Assembly (NCBI GenBank): GCA_951406725.2
Contig: OX597821.1
Span: forward strand, 84,382,001 to 84,446,000
Length of the DNA stretch: 64,000 bases
Reading direction: 5' to 3'
From: Octopus vulgaris
Lineage: Eukaryota
Shown in pieces: positions 63,570 to 64,000 of the stretch. Position numbers and translations under genes: made by a program. Positions within the stretch are counted from its first letter, which is position 1, and every line of letters begins with the position of its first letter. Below the pieces are notes generated by a model that worked only from the letters and a program-made list of their open reading frames with translations, ran no database searches and was not told the DNA's origin.

Positions 63570-63900
63570 GTCGTTACTGTCCTGTTTTTGTTACCATTTT
63601 TACCCCTCTGCAAAAAGATCTCAAATTTTAATTGATTTGCTTTTCGCAGGAAGGAAAGTCTCTTATTCGAAGATACGTCTCGCCTTCATCTTCGAAACGT
63701 AGAGTAGATGAAACCATGGCGACTGAAGAAGGGTTTTTTTCCTTGTGTTAATTGTCCTGTACTCTATTTTTTTTTGTTTAAAAAAATGTCCAGTTCCTTG
63801 GGTTGTGTCTATGTTTTCGTTTCTCATTGTGTTCGACGTTTTTTTGGTGTCCTGTACTCATATATGCGTGTATATATACATGTAGAGGTAGGTAGTACAT
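63570..63900 (+). mobile_element. Microsatellite-embedded repeat related to 32320-32525
   Basis: Shared GAGTAGA..AAAC..ACTGAAGAAGGG..CCTTGTGTT..GTCCTGTAC.CATATATGC. Confidence 0.55.
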
Positions 63901-63935
63901 ATATGTTTATATATATGCATATGTTTTATTTATTA

Positions 63936-63968
<33 letters not shown>

Positions 63969-64000
63969 ATATATAGCGTGTGTGTGTGCGTGTGTGTGTT

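Overview
AT-rich, repeat-dense animal genomic DNA. The SINE families and (TA)n/(CA)n load look like octopus (coleoid cephalopod); this is inference from repeat recognition. One protein-coding gene can be built by hand on the minus strand: an LRRC41/MUF1-like gene with an N-terminal BC/SOCS-like box. Its GT-AG exons are 8485-8405, 7614-7502, 5269-5180, 3479-3297 and 1805-<1, and it runs off the left edge. Candidate first exons lie 45-47 kb upstream (53.3-55.9 kb) in a CpG-richer zone. The rest is intron or upstream DNA: several tRNA-derived SINE families, RTE and CR1-like LINE ends, a non-autonomous Helitron, piggyBac, Tc1 and hAT MITEs, a 2.6-kb 22-bp minisatellite that explains all the long ORFs in the track, and many microsatellites. 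The most notable feature is a set of short Penelope-like inserts carrying minimal hammerhead-ribozyme motifs, mostly at (TA)n tracts. One of them is fused to a tRNA-like Pol III head. All analyses were done by eye, and repeat boundaries are approximate.
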